DNA of 64,000 nt from Octopus vulgaris (lineage: Eukaryota), in the NCBI GenBank assembly GCA_951406725.2, contig OX597814.1, forward strand, positions 42,222,001 to 42,286,000, read 5' to 3'. Numbering within the stretch: position 1 is the first letter of the stretch; each line of letters starts with the position of its first letter. The notes under the pieces were generated by a model that ran no database searches, was not told where the DNA came from, and was given only the letters and a program-made list of their open reading frames with translations. The translations under genes and the position numbers were made by a program. Positions 28,899 through 43,910 of this stretch are shown one piece after another.

Positions 28899-29700
28899 TA
28901 ATATATTATGATCAAATGGACATAATTTTCTGCCATGTATTTGTTTGTATATTTATATTTAACCATATATAACAACGTTCTGCAAAATAGGGTATATTAA
29001 CATTTTAAATAAATGGATTTCATTCTATTTTTCGGGTATATTATATATACAGTTTATGTCGAATTTAAAAAAAATTGTTGTAATATAATTAGTGCTTCAA
29101 GTAGTAAAATGCCGGAAAAATATTTTTTTAATAAAAATAAATAGGAGTTAAATTATAAAGCGCAGTTTACTATCAGCGTGAATTTTGATTGTTAATCCAT
29201 TTATTCACGCCTAGTCTCACTATGGACATCATCAGAATATAATTAGATGTCCATCACCTTTATCGACAGCCTATTGCTCGTATATGTTCCGTTGTTCCAT
29301 TACTCTTTGTCACTAACGAGATAGAATTGCATTAACGTTGCAAATATTACGTTAGATTATGACCATCTGTAACAGAATATTTCATATTATTCGCTTTTCA
29401 TATTATTCGCATAGTCAGTAATGATTAGATAAGACCTGCATTTATATATTCAGGTGTGTATTAAACTACTATATTGCAAATTCGAAGAATCATGTGCTCT
29501 GTTGAATTATATATCATAACATTGAAGTATAATATTTCTTTAAAAGTTTTGAAATAGAATGCCACTCTCTTATTAAACTAAAGCTCAATCATGAAGAATT
29601 CCTACGTGTTAAATGTATTGACAGCAGTTTCACACTAACGTTATCCCGAACACTAAAATCCAACGATATAATTTAGGATTGTTTTGAAAGTAGTGATTAT

Positions 29701-30182
29701 AATTTGACAATTTGCTGTTTTAGAGGAAGACGTATAATTTCCTGACGAATGATTTTGTTTTCTAGTGAGATACTATATTCCACTGAAATGACCAAGGTAT
29801 TTGGAGTAGGTATTTTGTCTACGTTAGATTCTGGTCGATTGCGTTGCTCATTTGTGAGGGGCAAGCTATCAGGACAAAATTCTGATACTGTCTGTTGTGT
29901 AATAACATTAGAATTAACTACTCCATTAATATTCCGCACTGTCTGTGATGCTGTATTTGCAAGAAAGAACTCGTATTTCAAAACTGTAAGAATTTCCGAC
30001 ATATCCATCTCTAAACAAAAATAGCAAAATATGATTTATAAAAACTTTATAAAGTGCAAATACTTTATAAAGAAATAGATGAGTCAGCAGTCTAACAAAA
30101 AAATAAAGACTGTCATAGTATAATGGCGCCAAATAAGCAGCTGTCAAAGTTTACCATATACCTTACTATAAAATTCATACTA

Positions 30183-30240
<58 letters not shown>

Positions 30241-30796
30241 GCACACATGCACTCTCTTTCACATACACACATGCTCATATATATAGAAAGATAAAGAGTC
30301 AGACAGAGACAGAGAGAAATTTCTCAGAAGGTCGCAGTCTTCTCTGTTTGCATAAACATTAGCTATACATTAAAAAAAGAAAATTGTTTGTTAGTAATAC
30401 TTATTTTGATGTAAAACTTATTAGAAATTTTTCCACTTCACATAATTCTAATCATATTTCTTTAATTTTCTGAACACACTTTTATATAAATGAAATACCA
30501 CTCTAAATTAAAAGGAAAACAGTTTCCTCTATGATTGTAAATATGACGTGAATATAAGTAGGATGTGTTGGGGAAAATTTATATCACTTGTATCATATTA
30601 TCATCTTCCTGAAAACGATGAGACCTCATCATCTTTCAGAGAATCAAAGATTCTCAGAAAAAAAATTAAATTTGACAATTTGCTGTTTTAGAGGAAGACG
30701 TATAATTTCCTGACGAATGATTTTGTTTTCTAGTGAGATACTATATTCCACTGAAATGACCAAGGTATTTGGAGTAGGTATTTTGTCTACGTTAGA
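29701..30796 (+). repeat. 128-bp direct repeat (29701-29828, 30669-30796) flanking an 846-bp copy (29827-30672) of 34101-34946
   Basis: Constant offsets of 968 and 4274; duplicated ORFs in the track are identical; same (TA)n length. Confidence 0.95.
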
Positions 30797-32537
30797 GATT
30801 TATGTGAAGGTACATCGGAATAACTATTGCAACTACCCGGTAACGATAATTACAGCAATATTTTTGCTGAACTTTTATAATTCTAGTATCCACAGCCGAT
30901 TCTCGGGGTTTCTTTTCTCCAGCAACAAACCGTTGCTGATAAATGGAAACTCTTGTATTGCTAAGATTATTTTATTTCCTTATATTTCCGTGGTAAATTG
31001 CCGCCAGCCTCAAGAATCAGCAGTAATTACAGCGGTATTTCTTACGATTTACTGTGCAGTTTCAACAAATCCATTCACGTTATCACAGTAAATATTACTA
31101 TTTTTAATTAGTACTTTGAAACGGAAAAAGGACTTTACAAAGCATAATAGAAATATTAAGCCCTTACCATGGAATTTAGAGATGGAGTGGATAAATAACA
31201 TGCTTAATATAAATTATATCTTAATATAAATTATCTTTTATGTGCATTGATAATTATATAGAAGCCGGGAATGTTATATTTAATAGTTAAACCGAAACAT
31301 GTATGACAAGCCTACAATGGATGTCTACAGTTTGGTACAATCTACTATTGATTGTAGCGAAAGAGCATGTTAATGTTAACCTGCACTCCCACAGAAAATA
31401 TATAAATGCATGCTTTCCATTATAGACTATTTGATAAGGATTGATTTTGCACTACACAAGAAATATAACGTCACGTAAGTAGGAATTACATTCGAGAGAT
31501 GTAATTATGAAAATATGACATTATTTTCATATATATTATCCACTTGAAATATATCATTTATTCTTTGAGTGTAATGCAGATTAATTCAAAATTGTGATTG
31601 GACAGCTTAAGGAGTAGCTGGCAATATCTAATTATGTTTATGTTTAGATAAATAGGGCATCCATTAGCATTGTAGATTCCTTCATTTACGTGAGTCTGTA
31701 TTGTGAGGCTGAATCAAGTATATTACTACCATTAATCTATGTAGAACAGGTATATTTATTTCCTTTGTTTTATAATTCTGAAGTAGATTCTCAATAAAGA
31801 AATAAACCAATGTTCTCTGTTATATAATCATAACCCTTTTCTGTTTTATAGCAATAAATAAATTATATTGACGTGTTCAACCAGCCCGTTTCACAATAAA
31901 TTTGAAAGCTGATGTGCACGTAGTTAGATGTGATTGAAATTCGAATTTTCAGTGGGAAATGCTGTATGTATCAATTCTGAAATCGCGTAATGTAATGCTT
32001 TAAGGAAATTACATAAAAAGTTCAATGTTGCTCTATAGAATTTTAAAGAAATAGTATTTAGTTAGTACTCACATTTTTTTCGAAAATAGATTTTTAAAAA
32101 ATATTCAGTATATACATGAATTTTGATAGGGTACTCCACAAAACTAACTAATAATATTGCTTATGAAATATTTAATGAATATATTTTTAGGTGAATGAAT
32201 AGAAAATACTCCAAAATAAAATATTTAAGAGTAATCCATATATTAATGTACCTCTTAAGGATCATAGACAATTCTATCAACTATCAAAAATAAGCCATTA
32301 GGTATCAATAGATCTCATTAATAATAAAAGTTCTAACAATCTTCTTTAGCACTACACGGTACCCTCTCTCTAAATATATGAGCTTGTGTGTTTGTGTATG
32401 TATGGTATGTATGTGTGTGTTCGTGCATGTCTGTGCGTGTGTGTGTAACTGTATGTCTGGTTGCATGTAAATGTATGTATGTACGTAGGTATACATACAA
32501 AGAAATAGACAAACAGAGAGGAGAAAGAAATGAGACA

Positions 32538-32580
<43 letters not shown>

Positions 32581-32699
32581 TAACAGATTTTGCACTATAT
32601 CACGTTAGTATGTTCACGCACAAATGCGATGAAACATATATTTTCATCCTTACACTATATATAGGCATTAGATTGTTCTAATGCACATTGGTGTTCGTG

Positions 32700-34456
32700 C
32701 ATACAAATAATCATGTTACAGAGGTGTGTTTCAATAAGGCTCTCGCAACATTTGATAATAGTACTAATATATCCATGAAACGTATCACTATTGATCCATA
32801 CAGACTAACACTTGACCTTGGAACTGAGCGATTGATTATCATTTCACTTCAAGCAGTTACAATTCCACAGTTGGCACATACATCATTAAGTATACGTTTA
32901 ATTCAATAGATAAGCCAATGAAATTTCCGAGTTTTAGTTGTAGCAACGGCATATAAACACATTTTCGTATTATCATATTAATTAGCGAAAGGATATCGTT
33001 CAATTTGTTATTGTACTAAACTGATTAAAACTGTTGCGTAGCTAATTCGTGTGGTCGCATTCGTTCAATAGCAATCCTTCCATAAATATGGTGAGTAATT
33101 TAGAACAAGTAATTCTTTGATGATCGACTCGAATATGGTGAAAACAACGTTTTCCTTCTTGGCTCCGCTTGGATGATATAGGATGAGATTTTAACTTGAA
33201 TTCTCACTGGAGCATATCAGAAAACACGAATGAAAAGCGCAAAAATAACGCTAATCGACCACCCTGCATTACTACGTTCGTTTATCAGCCCAGGAACGAT
33301 GAAATGCTCTCCAATCCTCAATATCATATAAAATCACATAGATTCTTAAGAGATCGCATATCATTCTGCCCAATTCCCGAAACCTAACTCCAATTTGCCG
33401 GTTAAACTGTATGTCTTCTTGTGTGGGGGTGTGTGTTACTATGTGTAACTGTGTTTTGTGTGTGCTTGTGTTTCTGTGTTTGTATGGGGGTACGTGCGTG
33501 GGAGTGTGTGTACGTGTGTGTGTGACTTATGGTTTGCGTCAACACTTGCATTTATAGCGCGTAATATCCAGCGATGTGTGGTATTATTCCGCAACTTAGT
33601 GATAAAGTATAACGATAATGATTAAGACCGTAACTATATAGTGTACTGCACTATAATTCGGCCATGATTGATGAGCCAAGTTTGATGAAATAATGATGGA
33701 TAACACATTCGCCCGACTACCAAACTCACACCATCGTCGTCTTTTGATGAATTTTTCATTTTGGACTGTGTTTTGGTGACTCGTCTTTGTCCAACCACTG
33801 TGCGGAACGGTTGCCGTTGTTGTATAGAACCCATTTGTCCTCACATGTTATAATTTGATTCAAACAATGATTCATTTTTGTGACGAAAAAGTAGTATAAT
33901 GCAGACTTCCAAACGTTGTTGTTTCTGATTTTCAATGAGTTCATTTGGAACCCATTTATCCAACTCTTTTCATTTTACCGATTTGAACTAGGTGAGTCAA
34001 TATTGTTTGCTTGCCACCACCAAACGACAACGATAATTCATGTGCACATTGAGATAGATCTGACTCGACGGTGGCTTTAAGTTCGTCACTATCCACCTTT
34101 GATTCTGGTCGATTGCGTTGCTCATTTGTGAGGGGCAAGCTATCAGGACAAAATTCTGATACTGTCTGTTGTGTAATAACATTAGAATTAACTACTCCAT
34201 TAATATTCCGCACTGTCTGTGATGCTGTATTTGCAAGAAAGAACTCGTATTTCAAAACTGTAAGAATTTCCGACATATCCATCTCTAAACAAAAATAGCA
34301 AAATATGATTTATAAAAACTTTATAAAGTGCAAATACTTTATAAAGAAATAGATGAGTCAGCAGTCTAACAAAAAAATAAAGACTGTCATAGTATAATGG
34401 CGCCAAATAAGCAGCTGTCAAAGTTTACCATATACCTTACTATAAAATTCATACTA

Positions 34457-34514
<58 letters not shown>

Positions 34515-35273
34515 GCACACATGCACTCTCTTTCACATACACACATGCTCATATATATAGAAAGATAAAGAGTCAGACAGAGACAGAGAGAAATTTCTCA
34601 GAAGGTCGCAGTCTTCTCTGTTTGCATAAACATTAGCTATACATTAAAAAAAGAAAATTGTTTGTTAGTAATACTTATTTTGATGTAAAACTTATTAGAA
34701 ATTTTTCCACTTCACATAATTCTAATCATATTTCTTTAATTTTCTGAACACACTTTTATATAAATGAAATACCACTCTAAATTAAAAGGAAAACAGTTTC
34801 CTCTATGATTGTAAATATGACGTGAATATAAGTAGGATGTGTTGGGGAAAATTTATATCACTTGTATCATATTATCATCTTCCTGAAAACGATGAGACCT
34901 CATCATCTTTCAGAGAATCAAAGATTCTCAGAAAAAAAATTAAATTAATCTTCGAAGATAATTTACTTTGTCTTAGTTTGATGTTTCCTATTGGAAAATA
35001 TATCTTAAGTTTAATCTAATTCTAGTATTATTCCGCTTTAATTCATACAATGTTAAGCCCTTTCGTTTACGCTTATTCTATTCTTCTGAGGATTCATAAC
35101 AAAATTTGCAGCGCATGAATGCACTTTAATATTTCTCCTTCGATGAGTTTACAAAATAATACGACTGTTAGCATAATTAATGCCTTAACAATCATAGAGC
35201 AAGGATAATACACGTGAACACAGCTAGAAATTAACATAGCGGTATATTCAGGCCAATATGAAGGTAGCCAGTA
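32700..35273 (-). pseudogene. TSP1-like pseudo-exons
   Basis: YWLPSYWPEYTA (35273-35238), CANCGI (32878-32861), IETHLCNMIIC (32735-32703). Confidence 0.55.
33600..34445 (-). mobile_element. 3'-truncated mariner transposon
   Basis: MDMSEILTVLKYEF..TASQTVRNIN N-terminus and IITCEDKWVLYNN first catalytic motif, frameshifted. Confidence 0.85.
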
Positions 35274-36939
35274 TATCGATATATGAAAAAAGAGAAGAAA
35301 TAATATTTACTTATAATCTGATACATTATCTAGCTCTGTAGATTGTCATATAATACTTAGGTTTGCATATCAAAGAGATATGTACAATACAAGGAGAACG
35401 CAAGCGTTAATGGAACTATATTTCAACATTAATTTTCGCGTATATCTATATCAGTTTACGTTCATTCGTAATATATATTTCCTGATACGTTTGTCCGAAT
35501 TCATCAATAGTTATTGTATCGAAGTTAATAATATTAAATTTTCTCAAAAAGGTCTCGTTTTGTTATATAAAGGAACATACTGAAATAATAATGTTATATC
35601 TAATATTTCACACACGATAGATGTTATCATATAGTTACACCATTGATATTAAATCCAGTTATTATTGGTAAGTTTCTGATAGAATGGGTTACAATACACT
35701 ATTGGTCGGAATACATCTGCCAATATTTTAGTGCAGTGATATTACGTGAAATGAAATGTTTAACTTGATTGATTATTCATTAATTACACAATGTTCTCTC
35801 CGCTTTCATGATTGAACTGACACTTAATATCATATCGAAATTCAGATATGTAAATTTAGCAAACAATATTTAAAAGCGTTAACTAGAGTCATAGTCTAAG
35901 ACCTGTTACGCTAAAATATACTGGCCATTACAGTTGGCATGTAATTTCTTACTCCAATAAATCGCTCAGTTTAATTCAAACTGCATTTTTATTAGGCATG
36001 GAGATTAATGTTACGTTAGTCGAGGAAGTTTTCCTGTCACTAGGGACTCGGATTTAAAGCATACAACATAGAATTAGACGGATGAGGAAGAATGCTTACA
36101 ACACAAATTTTGGAACATTTAACGCTATTTCGCAAGATATTCGACAAAGTCTGCGTGTTTGTTCGTCTGTATGTATATGTATGTGTGTACGTTTGTTCGT
36201 TTGTGTGCATGTGTAGATGTACATGTGTGAGTGTTGTGTGTTTTGTTATGCTTGTTTGTGTTTCTATAACTATATATAGCATAAATCAATTGCTACTAAT
36301 TTTCGCGCAAAGTCTGCAATTTTGAGGCGAGAAGGTAGGGTGATTATGTTGACGTCACTACTTGCAACTTTTGCTTTATTTGATCAACCTCCATTGGTTG
36401 AAAGGCAAAGTCATCATCAACGGAATTGTAAACCATAAAATAAAGAGCTGTAGGAAACAAATTGTTACGCCGTGTTCAAGATTTTGCTACAACGACGGTT
36501 TAATAATCTTTCAGACTTAGGCACAGGGCCAGCAGTGTTTGAGAGAAAGATGTTTATCAATAGGAATCAGCCTATTACTTCACAGGTACTTCATTTTAGA
36601 GATCCTTTATGGATGACAGATAAAGTCATTATGAACGGAATTTTATCCCAGAATTTAAAGATCTTATAGAACTACTGCTATAGAATTTCTGCAACGCGCT
36701 AAAAATTCAGCCAGCTCACCACATTAATATAGATAATATGCAACTCAGTAATAGCAATAATAGTAATGGTTTCAACTTTTGATACAAACTTATCAATTCT
36801 AGGAGAGAGTTTGTTCTGTTATTTCCACCCAAGAACTCGACGAAATGCTTTTTGCAGATTGTTTAGAATCTCCAGAAGTTTGTTGCACTAATACTGATAA
36901 TAATAATCATTTCATATTTCGTTGGAAAGTTGTAGAGAA

Positions 36940-37290
36940 TGATAAACGTTCTTGTGAGTCAAGTGAGAATAGGTGCATTGGAATATATATCGGACAGTTT
37001 TAAGGGCTGTGTAATTAACGTCGGAATTCATGCAAGGTTACAAGTCATCAAAAAGACAGCCCCTCTTGGCACAGGAAATATGTTAAAGGAAGTCTTGCCT
37101 ATTAGAGCCGCAGGAGAGAAAGCAGTAAGGGACATTTGTCAAACTGTTGTTGACTTCTCCCAAACCGAAATGTCCAGACCGTTTAATATCTAATCTTTTA
37201 AGATGTACAAAACCAAAGTAATAATGAGTATGGTGATAATGATGATGATGATGATGAAGAGAATAATGATGATAATAATAATAACGATGA
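36940..37290 (+). mobile_element. 3' end of a restriction-like-endonuclease LINE with (AAT/GAT)n tail
   Basis: IGALE..QVIKKTAPLGTGNMLKEVL resembles IGALG..LQK.ALLGT..IL..VL. Confidence 0.6.
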
Positions 37291-37589
37291 TGAGAGCGCA
37301 AACCTCCGCTAAAGAAACTCCAGCGTCTCTTCAATTATTAGCCGGAGATGGTTTTTAAAATGAGAATATCTGAAATAAACTTGACTGCTCTCACAAACGA
37401 AAATACTAAAAATGAATCCGACCGTTCTCAAAAATTAAGTAAAAAAGTGGTAAAATAATCCAGAATCCTTGTCCAGTAAGGAATTGATCCTAATAATACT
37501 TATTGGATGTGAAGGTGGGTTTGCTAGCCATGCTTGTAATACTATGTGTGTCGTCTGCAGTGGGAACAGGGACATTTTTCTCTACGAAG

Positions 37590-37760
37590 GCCTTTTTTTA
37601 GTCTATCTAAAGATATAATCTCTTTACGACCATTAAGGTCTATAACGAAAAACTTATCCGGGCGTGAAAGAAAATGGAAAGGACCTGCATACGGTGCTGT
37701 TAACGGAGTTTTAACAACATCGTTGCGCACAATAAATGTGAGTCCAAGACGTAGAGCTTC
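37590..37760 (-). mobile_element. Gypsy LTR-retrotransposon integrase C-terminal fragment
   Basis: FIVRNDVVKTPLTAPYAGPF..R..K..NG..ISLDRLK (GPY/F module). Confidence 0.8.
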
Positions 37761-38084
37761 TTTCAAGGCAGAGTTAGACATGAAATTGTCAAATAAGTAA
37801 GAGGTTTTAAACAGCAGTGATATATTCAAAATATAGTAAAACTAAAAATTGTCGAGGGTAAATTAAATTTATTATTGCTTATGGATATGTTAGTGTTATT
37901 TAATTTCTAAACGGTTTCGCTGCCGTTTGTTTATGCAAATTGATTTTTTTATGCGTCAGTCTCTACTAAGAGACGCGAGTAAAATTAATAGCACAGAAAC
38001 GCTAATAACACTTTGGAAACAGCAATGTCCCGATAGCTTATATGGAAACCAAAAGCGTGCTTCCATGGGAGATAATTAGAAGAA

Positions 38085-38200
38085 CTGAATTTATCGACCC
38101 CGATAGGATCAAACATAAAGTCGACTGCGGAGGAATTTGAACTAAAGACGTAGCGACTGATGAAATACCTATAAGTATTTCGCCCGGGGTACTGCCAGGT
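38085..38200 (-). mobile_element. SINE family A fragment
   Basis: tttatcgaccccga..aaagtcgactgcggaggaatttgaact is the reverse complement of the core. Confidence 0.75.
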
Positions 38201-38208
38201 TACTGCCT

Positions 38209-38242
<34 letters not shown>

Positions 38243-38284
38243 TTGATTATAATAATAATAATAAATATAATAATAATAATAATA

Positions 38285-38323
<39 letters not shown>

Positions 38324-38361
38324 ATGATGATGATAATAATAATAGTAATAATAATAATAAT

Positions 38362-38591
38362 AAAATAAACAGACAAATACATAACAAAAACACCAGGACT
38401 TACAAACACAAATAACATACAGAAAATTGCACTACTAGGCACTGCACACATCCTACGCAGAACACTTTCCATACAGTAACCACCAGAGCATCACAACAAA
38501 TCACAGCACATACACAATGCACACAGAGCTGCACTCGGTAGTGAAGTGAAAGCACGCTATAAAAATATACTACTGAATAATAATAATAATA
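38362..38591 (+). mobile_element. 5'-truncated Dong/R4-like LINE 3' end within (TAA)n
   Basis: DKYITKTPGLTNTNNIQKIALLGTAHILRRTLSIQ* plus 3' UTR, with AAT repeats on both sides. Confidence 0.75.
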
Positions 38592-38802
38592 TTGTAAGTA
38601 TGAAATTCATTTGATCCCAGCATTTTTTTTTTTGCTACAAGAGCTTAAGTAATACCTTAAGGGTGCCTTGAATATGAAGTGAAAATTATGTAATCATACA
38701 TGTGGAGGAAAGCATTACTACTACGAAAGATAATCCGCCGGATATGTGTAAGGAAGTAAATAACAAAATCTAAATAAATGGTATTGTAGTTACATATAAG
38801 AG

Positions 38803-38876
<74 letters not shown>

Positions 38877-39237
38877 ATAATATATATAATAATAATAATT
38901 AATTAATAATTAATAATTCCACCAAGTAGTGATTCGGTTTGTAAAAGACCGTTATCGGTAAATTTAAACATTATGTTTTATGATAAGGGTTAGGCAAAAA
39001 AATTTGCTTCACCACACACCAAACTTTAGAAATAGCAGCCAAAAATCTAGCTATTTCTTCTACTGTGAGAAACAACTCCCAGGCAATATATGCTCCAAAT
39101 CATATCACGTAGGCAGAGAAAGAAAACAACGAAATTCACCCGGCATTAGATTAACTGTGCACGCGTTTCGAAATTAGATAGATATGAAAAATGCAAGAAT
39201 AGCACTTCCATTCTGATCATTTTTCTCATCAGCACAG

Positions 39238-39295
<58 letters not shown>

Positions 39296-40004
39296 GTTTA
39301 CACATATAACAATCCACCCCACCACCACCACCACACACACAATCACACAAATACACACGCACACATCTATATCCACAGAAATACTTTTTTGTGTATAATA
39401 TGTATGTGTGTCTGTGTGTACATATAATTACTTATATATGATGATGATCATCATCATCATGATGATCATGAGGATGATGGTGATGATGAGGATGATGAAA
39501 AGTTTACGATTCTCTCTTATAGCTCTCTTCATTCTCTCTTATAGCTTAAAGAACGCAGGTCTTTACCATGTAAATAGGAAAAAAAATTAAAAGGAATATT
39601 CAAATTATTATCTTCTGTTTTTATAAGAGATTGATTGATCTATAGAAATTAATAACGCCCTCGGTTCATATTTTCTTTTACGCTTGCAAATCTATGATAT
39701 TGATACTAGTGAAATGTCAAAGACGTGTATTTAATAACAGAATTTTGGTGAATGCGTTAAAGTATGTCGTTGTACTTGCTAAAATCATCAAAGATTTAAG
39801 TCTATTAATATAACTAATACTGAATGGTTATATTTCGTATCGATTATGTTGAGGTTTTTGACAGTGTTACTTGTAGTAATATAGAGAATATCATACTAGC
39901 TTTAAGTTTTAGTCTTGTTGTTACATTAGCTTTTCTGTGTTTGTGTTTCTTTTTGCCTGTGCGTGCTTCTGTGCGTGTGAGTTTGTTGAAGTGTGAATGC
40001 TAAA

Positions 40005-42845
40005 AACATCCACCAAACTAAAAATCCTATTGTTAGAAATTGCTGAACAGGAAATGTAGCGAGTTCGTGACTGACATTAATCTTGTCTGTATAACACGAA
40101 GAATGTGTTACAAAAGGCCATATTCCTATCTATAACTTCATTAACCAGCATAAACAAAAACGCTGATTGGGTGAGAGAGTAGGTCATTATTTCAAATCTG
40201 CTTCAGGAACATTTATTGTGTAAAGCATTTCATTACACATTCGATTCGATTCAATTAAGTTCAATGGAATTTATTGTCATCGTATTTACAATAACATATA
40301 TTTCTGTTTACATTCTTTCATTCAGAGATAAAACAGGAAATGGTAATCGGGAGCATCATCTGTTGCTAAGCCTCCTTTATCACGTTCGGTCTAGTGATTA
40401 ACGCATAGTATTACATCACACACGTTGAGTACGTCAGTGGAATAAATAATGCTGCCCTTGAGATAGTAAAATACACTATTGACATAAAAATCATGCCGAC
40501 ATAGAATAATATCCAAGTTGAACGCCTGTGTGCTTTATCCGATTTCTATGTATTGGATCGGATGCGTTCTATGAAATTAATCCATTACAAGTTTTACTTT
40601 GAAAAAAAATCTACAGCGCTCCTTCTAACAAGCATGGTATCAAACCTCGATTGACTTCACTAGTGGATATGTACGTTAATCATGTTCTCTTTCTTATGTG
40701 TAATAAAGACGACCTACAGGTTAATACCACACTGCACTGTATTTTTATATTCTATATTTCGTTCATAATTATGGAGAGTTGTATAAAGATAATGTTAAAT
40801 TTATATATTTACATATCACTCGGTTTGTTGAGATTTAGTAAGCATGAAGAGCCTGCGCGAGTGAAATCACATTCATCTCATTCATATTGAGTGAATATTT
40901 ATTAGTAGATATCATCGGACAATATTTGGACCCAAAAGCAATTGCAGAAGCAAAAGGACGTGGAATGATAGTTTGTATTGGGTTGTTATGGTGGCACTGC
41001 AACAGAAAATCAGAAGTGACATGGCATTATAAGATTTTTTAAACTTGATGAGTAACATACGTAGATAGTTCCGAATATTAGACCATATATTAATAATAAA
41101 TCCCATGATTCGTTTGTTCCGTTGTGTAATTACGTCAAGTTGTTTTACTTCATTGTCAGTTCTGGTAAGTTCCACGAATAGTAGTACTCGCTCTTCGTTA
41201 GAGAAATTATATCCATCACTCCACTTAGATTCATGGAAAGGAATTTGCTTTTGATTATCCATTTGTTTGAGGATAATGACCAGAGACTAAAAGAGAATAG
41301 ATATGGGTGATATGTAATTTAGTAATTATTGTGTGAGAAATACACATCGTTTACTGAATATTTTTTTGTAATTAATTTGCTAATGTAAGTTTCAGGCATG
41401 TAGTTGGATAATCCTTGAAAATAATCTAGTAATAAGACCATATTAACATTCTTTGTTACATGTATACTTGTTCATCAAATACACCTTCCAATTATCCTGT
41501 TAGCAAATGCCATTCAAATATGATAGTTTGCTGTGATCTGGGCGATATCCATTACATGATACTAATTCAAATGATTGAATATCTAGTCGGCCGGACGTTG
41601 TTATAAATGTCGATTCTTCCCTGATTTACTTATACACTGGAGCACAATATCATGCTACTGGTTATTGGTCTGTCATCAAGTATCACAGCTGAAGCACTTC
41701 GGTTTTTCGGGGGAAATAAACATCGTATCTGGGATGTATCTGGAAAGGGATAAGAGAATCTTTTTATTCGAAAAAAAATTGAGGCTTAATTTGATGATGG
41801 TGGAGTATAATACTAATGTTAAATAACATCATATATGTTTATTAAACATTTTACTAAATGTTACGACTTTATATTTTATAGTTTAATCTGTCACTGCCCA
41901 TCAGTCATATTTTTCTTGTGATATTCCTCTGCAATGAAAGCAAAGCGATAGATCCATTGATGTTTGACACTATGTCCCTTCGGCATTATTGTCTGGAAAT
42001 ATACTCCCATGACAATAATATAAATAGCGAACGAGTATAATTGCTTTAAATATAAATGTAGTTTCTGCACTGATTATGATTGATGTATTTTTCAGTCATG
42101 AATTTTCTCTCCAACATTGTTATTATGATGTACTAGTTAGACTGGTGTAGACGGTCGGCTATAAATCTGAGAGTAAGGAAAAATATAAAAACTAGAATTG
42201 CCAATGGTACTGCCGACCGATCAATAGATATTTCGACATACTTCGTTTGCAAAATACATTTTCATAAAGAAAAGTCAATGTGAATATATACGCCGGTGTC
42301 TGGCACGTTCGTATATCAATTTACACAAGGCTATTGGGCGAACGCAATGATGACACATAGATTTCATTGGAATTGATCAGGCATATGGCTTATTACTGAC
42401 TGGACAATATTAACAACTAACAATTATTGAGAAATTAGTTGGGCATGTTTGCTCAAGTGATTATTTTTAGTAACCTACATTATAGAAACTGGCACAAAGG
42501 AACAGATATATACATTCAGAGTTTAATAAATGCAATAATCAATAAATATTGTTAAAAGCCAATAGGAAATACAAGGACAATATACAATATACTTGATCAA
42601 GAATATTTCAGCTATTTTCAGTAAAAGCTATTAATGATAGAATATCGGGCAATATAAATTACTATGCCATAGAAAGACATGCAATATTGTGTTAAGCTCT
42701 AGATTAACATATTTCTATTTCGGTATAACATGTTTAAGTATGTTTTGTAGAAAAGGCAATATGTTCGACATATCCAACATCGTCAACAATTTATATTTCA
42801 AATACTTATGCAATGTGTATGCGGTCGATGATGCCGTAGCATTAT
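40005..42845 (-). pseudogene. Cluster of TSP1-like pseudo-exons
   Basis: CYGIIDR..HCIS..IVDD (42845-42775), MCHHCVRP/DIRTCQTPA (42358-42291), LQCISKSG/VSCNGY/FEW (41650-41500), ESKWSD (~41230), RTRYISC..LVD (40067-40008). Confidence 0.6.
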
Positions 42846-43562
42846 TTACGATAAATGCATTTCCATCTAACAGACAATAGCAGTGCTTGTATTGAATTAG
42901 AAACAATGGCAAAATAGTAAACTGCTGGAGTATATCAATCTCTGCAAAGTTAAATAGATTAATGAAGGAAACAATATTACAATATTGCTCTAAGTCAGTT
43001 GAACTGAACACGGCGATGTCGTATTCTAGAGAAAAATTTAGTATCTAATTACAAATAAGACCAGTAAGTAAATAATCTTAAAGGTTAGCACTAAATAATT
43101 TCACTTCCACTATTTTACTAGCTATCATTAATAAAGACTATTGTATATTTATTATATAGTTCATTGTTTTTTTTGTAATTGCACATAATTTTCTGAACTG
43201 ACATAAATTCCAAAATTTCAAGCCACGAGATTTACAATAGATATGTACAAAACAATATATGCATTCAATATGCAAATAGAAAAATATCAATAATACATAA
43301 AATAAATTCGTTATTATTAGCATCGTTATTCGTGCCGCATATGAATGGGTGATCAATAATTGCTTGCTCATATGATCAAATCACGCTTTACACACACACA
43401 CACACACACACATACATACGCAAGCACACGCACACACACACAAACACACACATATATCAACAACGCATGCATCTGATATAGGAATAAGAAGTATTTAATT
43501 GACATATTAATATGATTAACAAATGTATAAATGCTATGAAACCCAAATCAAAAATACACCAA

Positions 43563-43745
43563 GCGTTGCTCTGTGGTAAGAATTATGCTTTGAACCACGT
43601 GATTCTGGGTTCAATCTCACTGCCTGGCATCTCGGGCAGGTATCTTCTACTATAAATTCGCGTCGTCCAAATTGTTGTGAATAGATTTGTTAGAGGAAAA
43701 TTCAAAGAAGCCCGTCGTGTAAATACATGCATAAATGTGTGTGTG

Positions 43746-43779
<34 letters not shown>

Positions 43780-43910
43780 TTTGGTGTGTCCACAAGTTTC
43801 ACAACTGGTGATGGTATGTTAACGTCACCTTTAAAAATAAAAACGGCTCCCTTTAAGGCAGTGCCCCAGCATGGTCACAACGAAATAACTGAAAAAAGTA
43901 AAAGAAAAGA
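43563..43910 (+). mobile_element. tRNA-derived SINE family B
   Basis: Head tgtggtaagaa..gggttcaatctcactg, internal (GT)n, ccagcatggtcac, AAAAG tail; homologous to 60787-61166. Confidence 0.8.

Noticed and set aside
40650-43050. Plus-strand gene, protocadherin or Helitron helicase
   Set aside because: No cadherin or PIF1 motifs found; the minus-strand TSP1-like pattern explains the region better.
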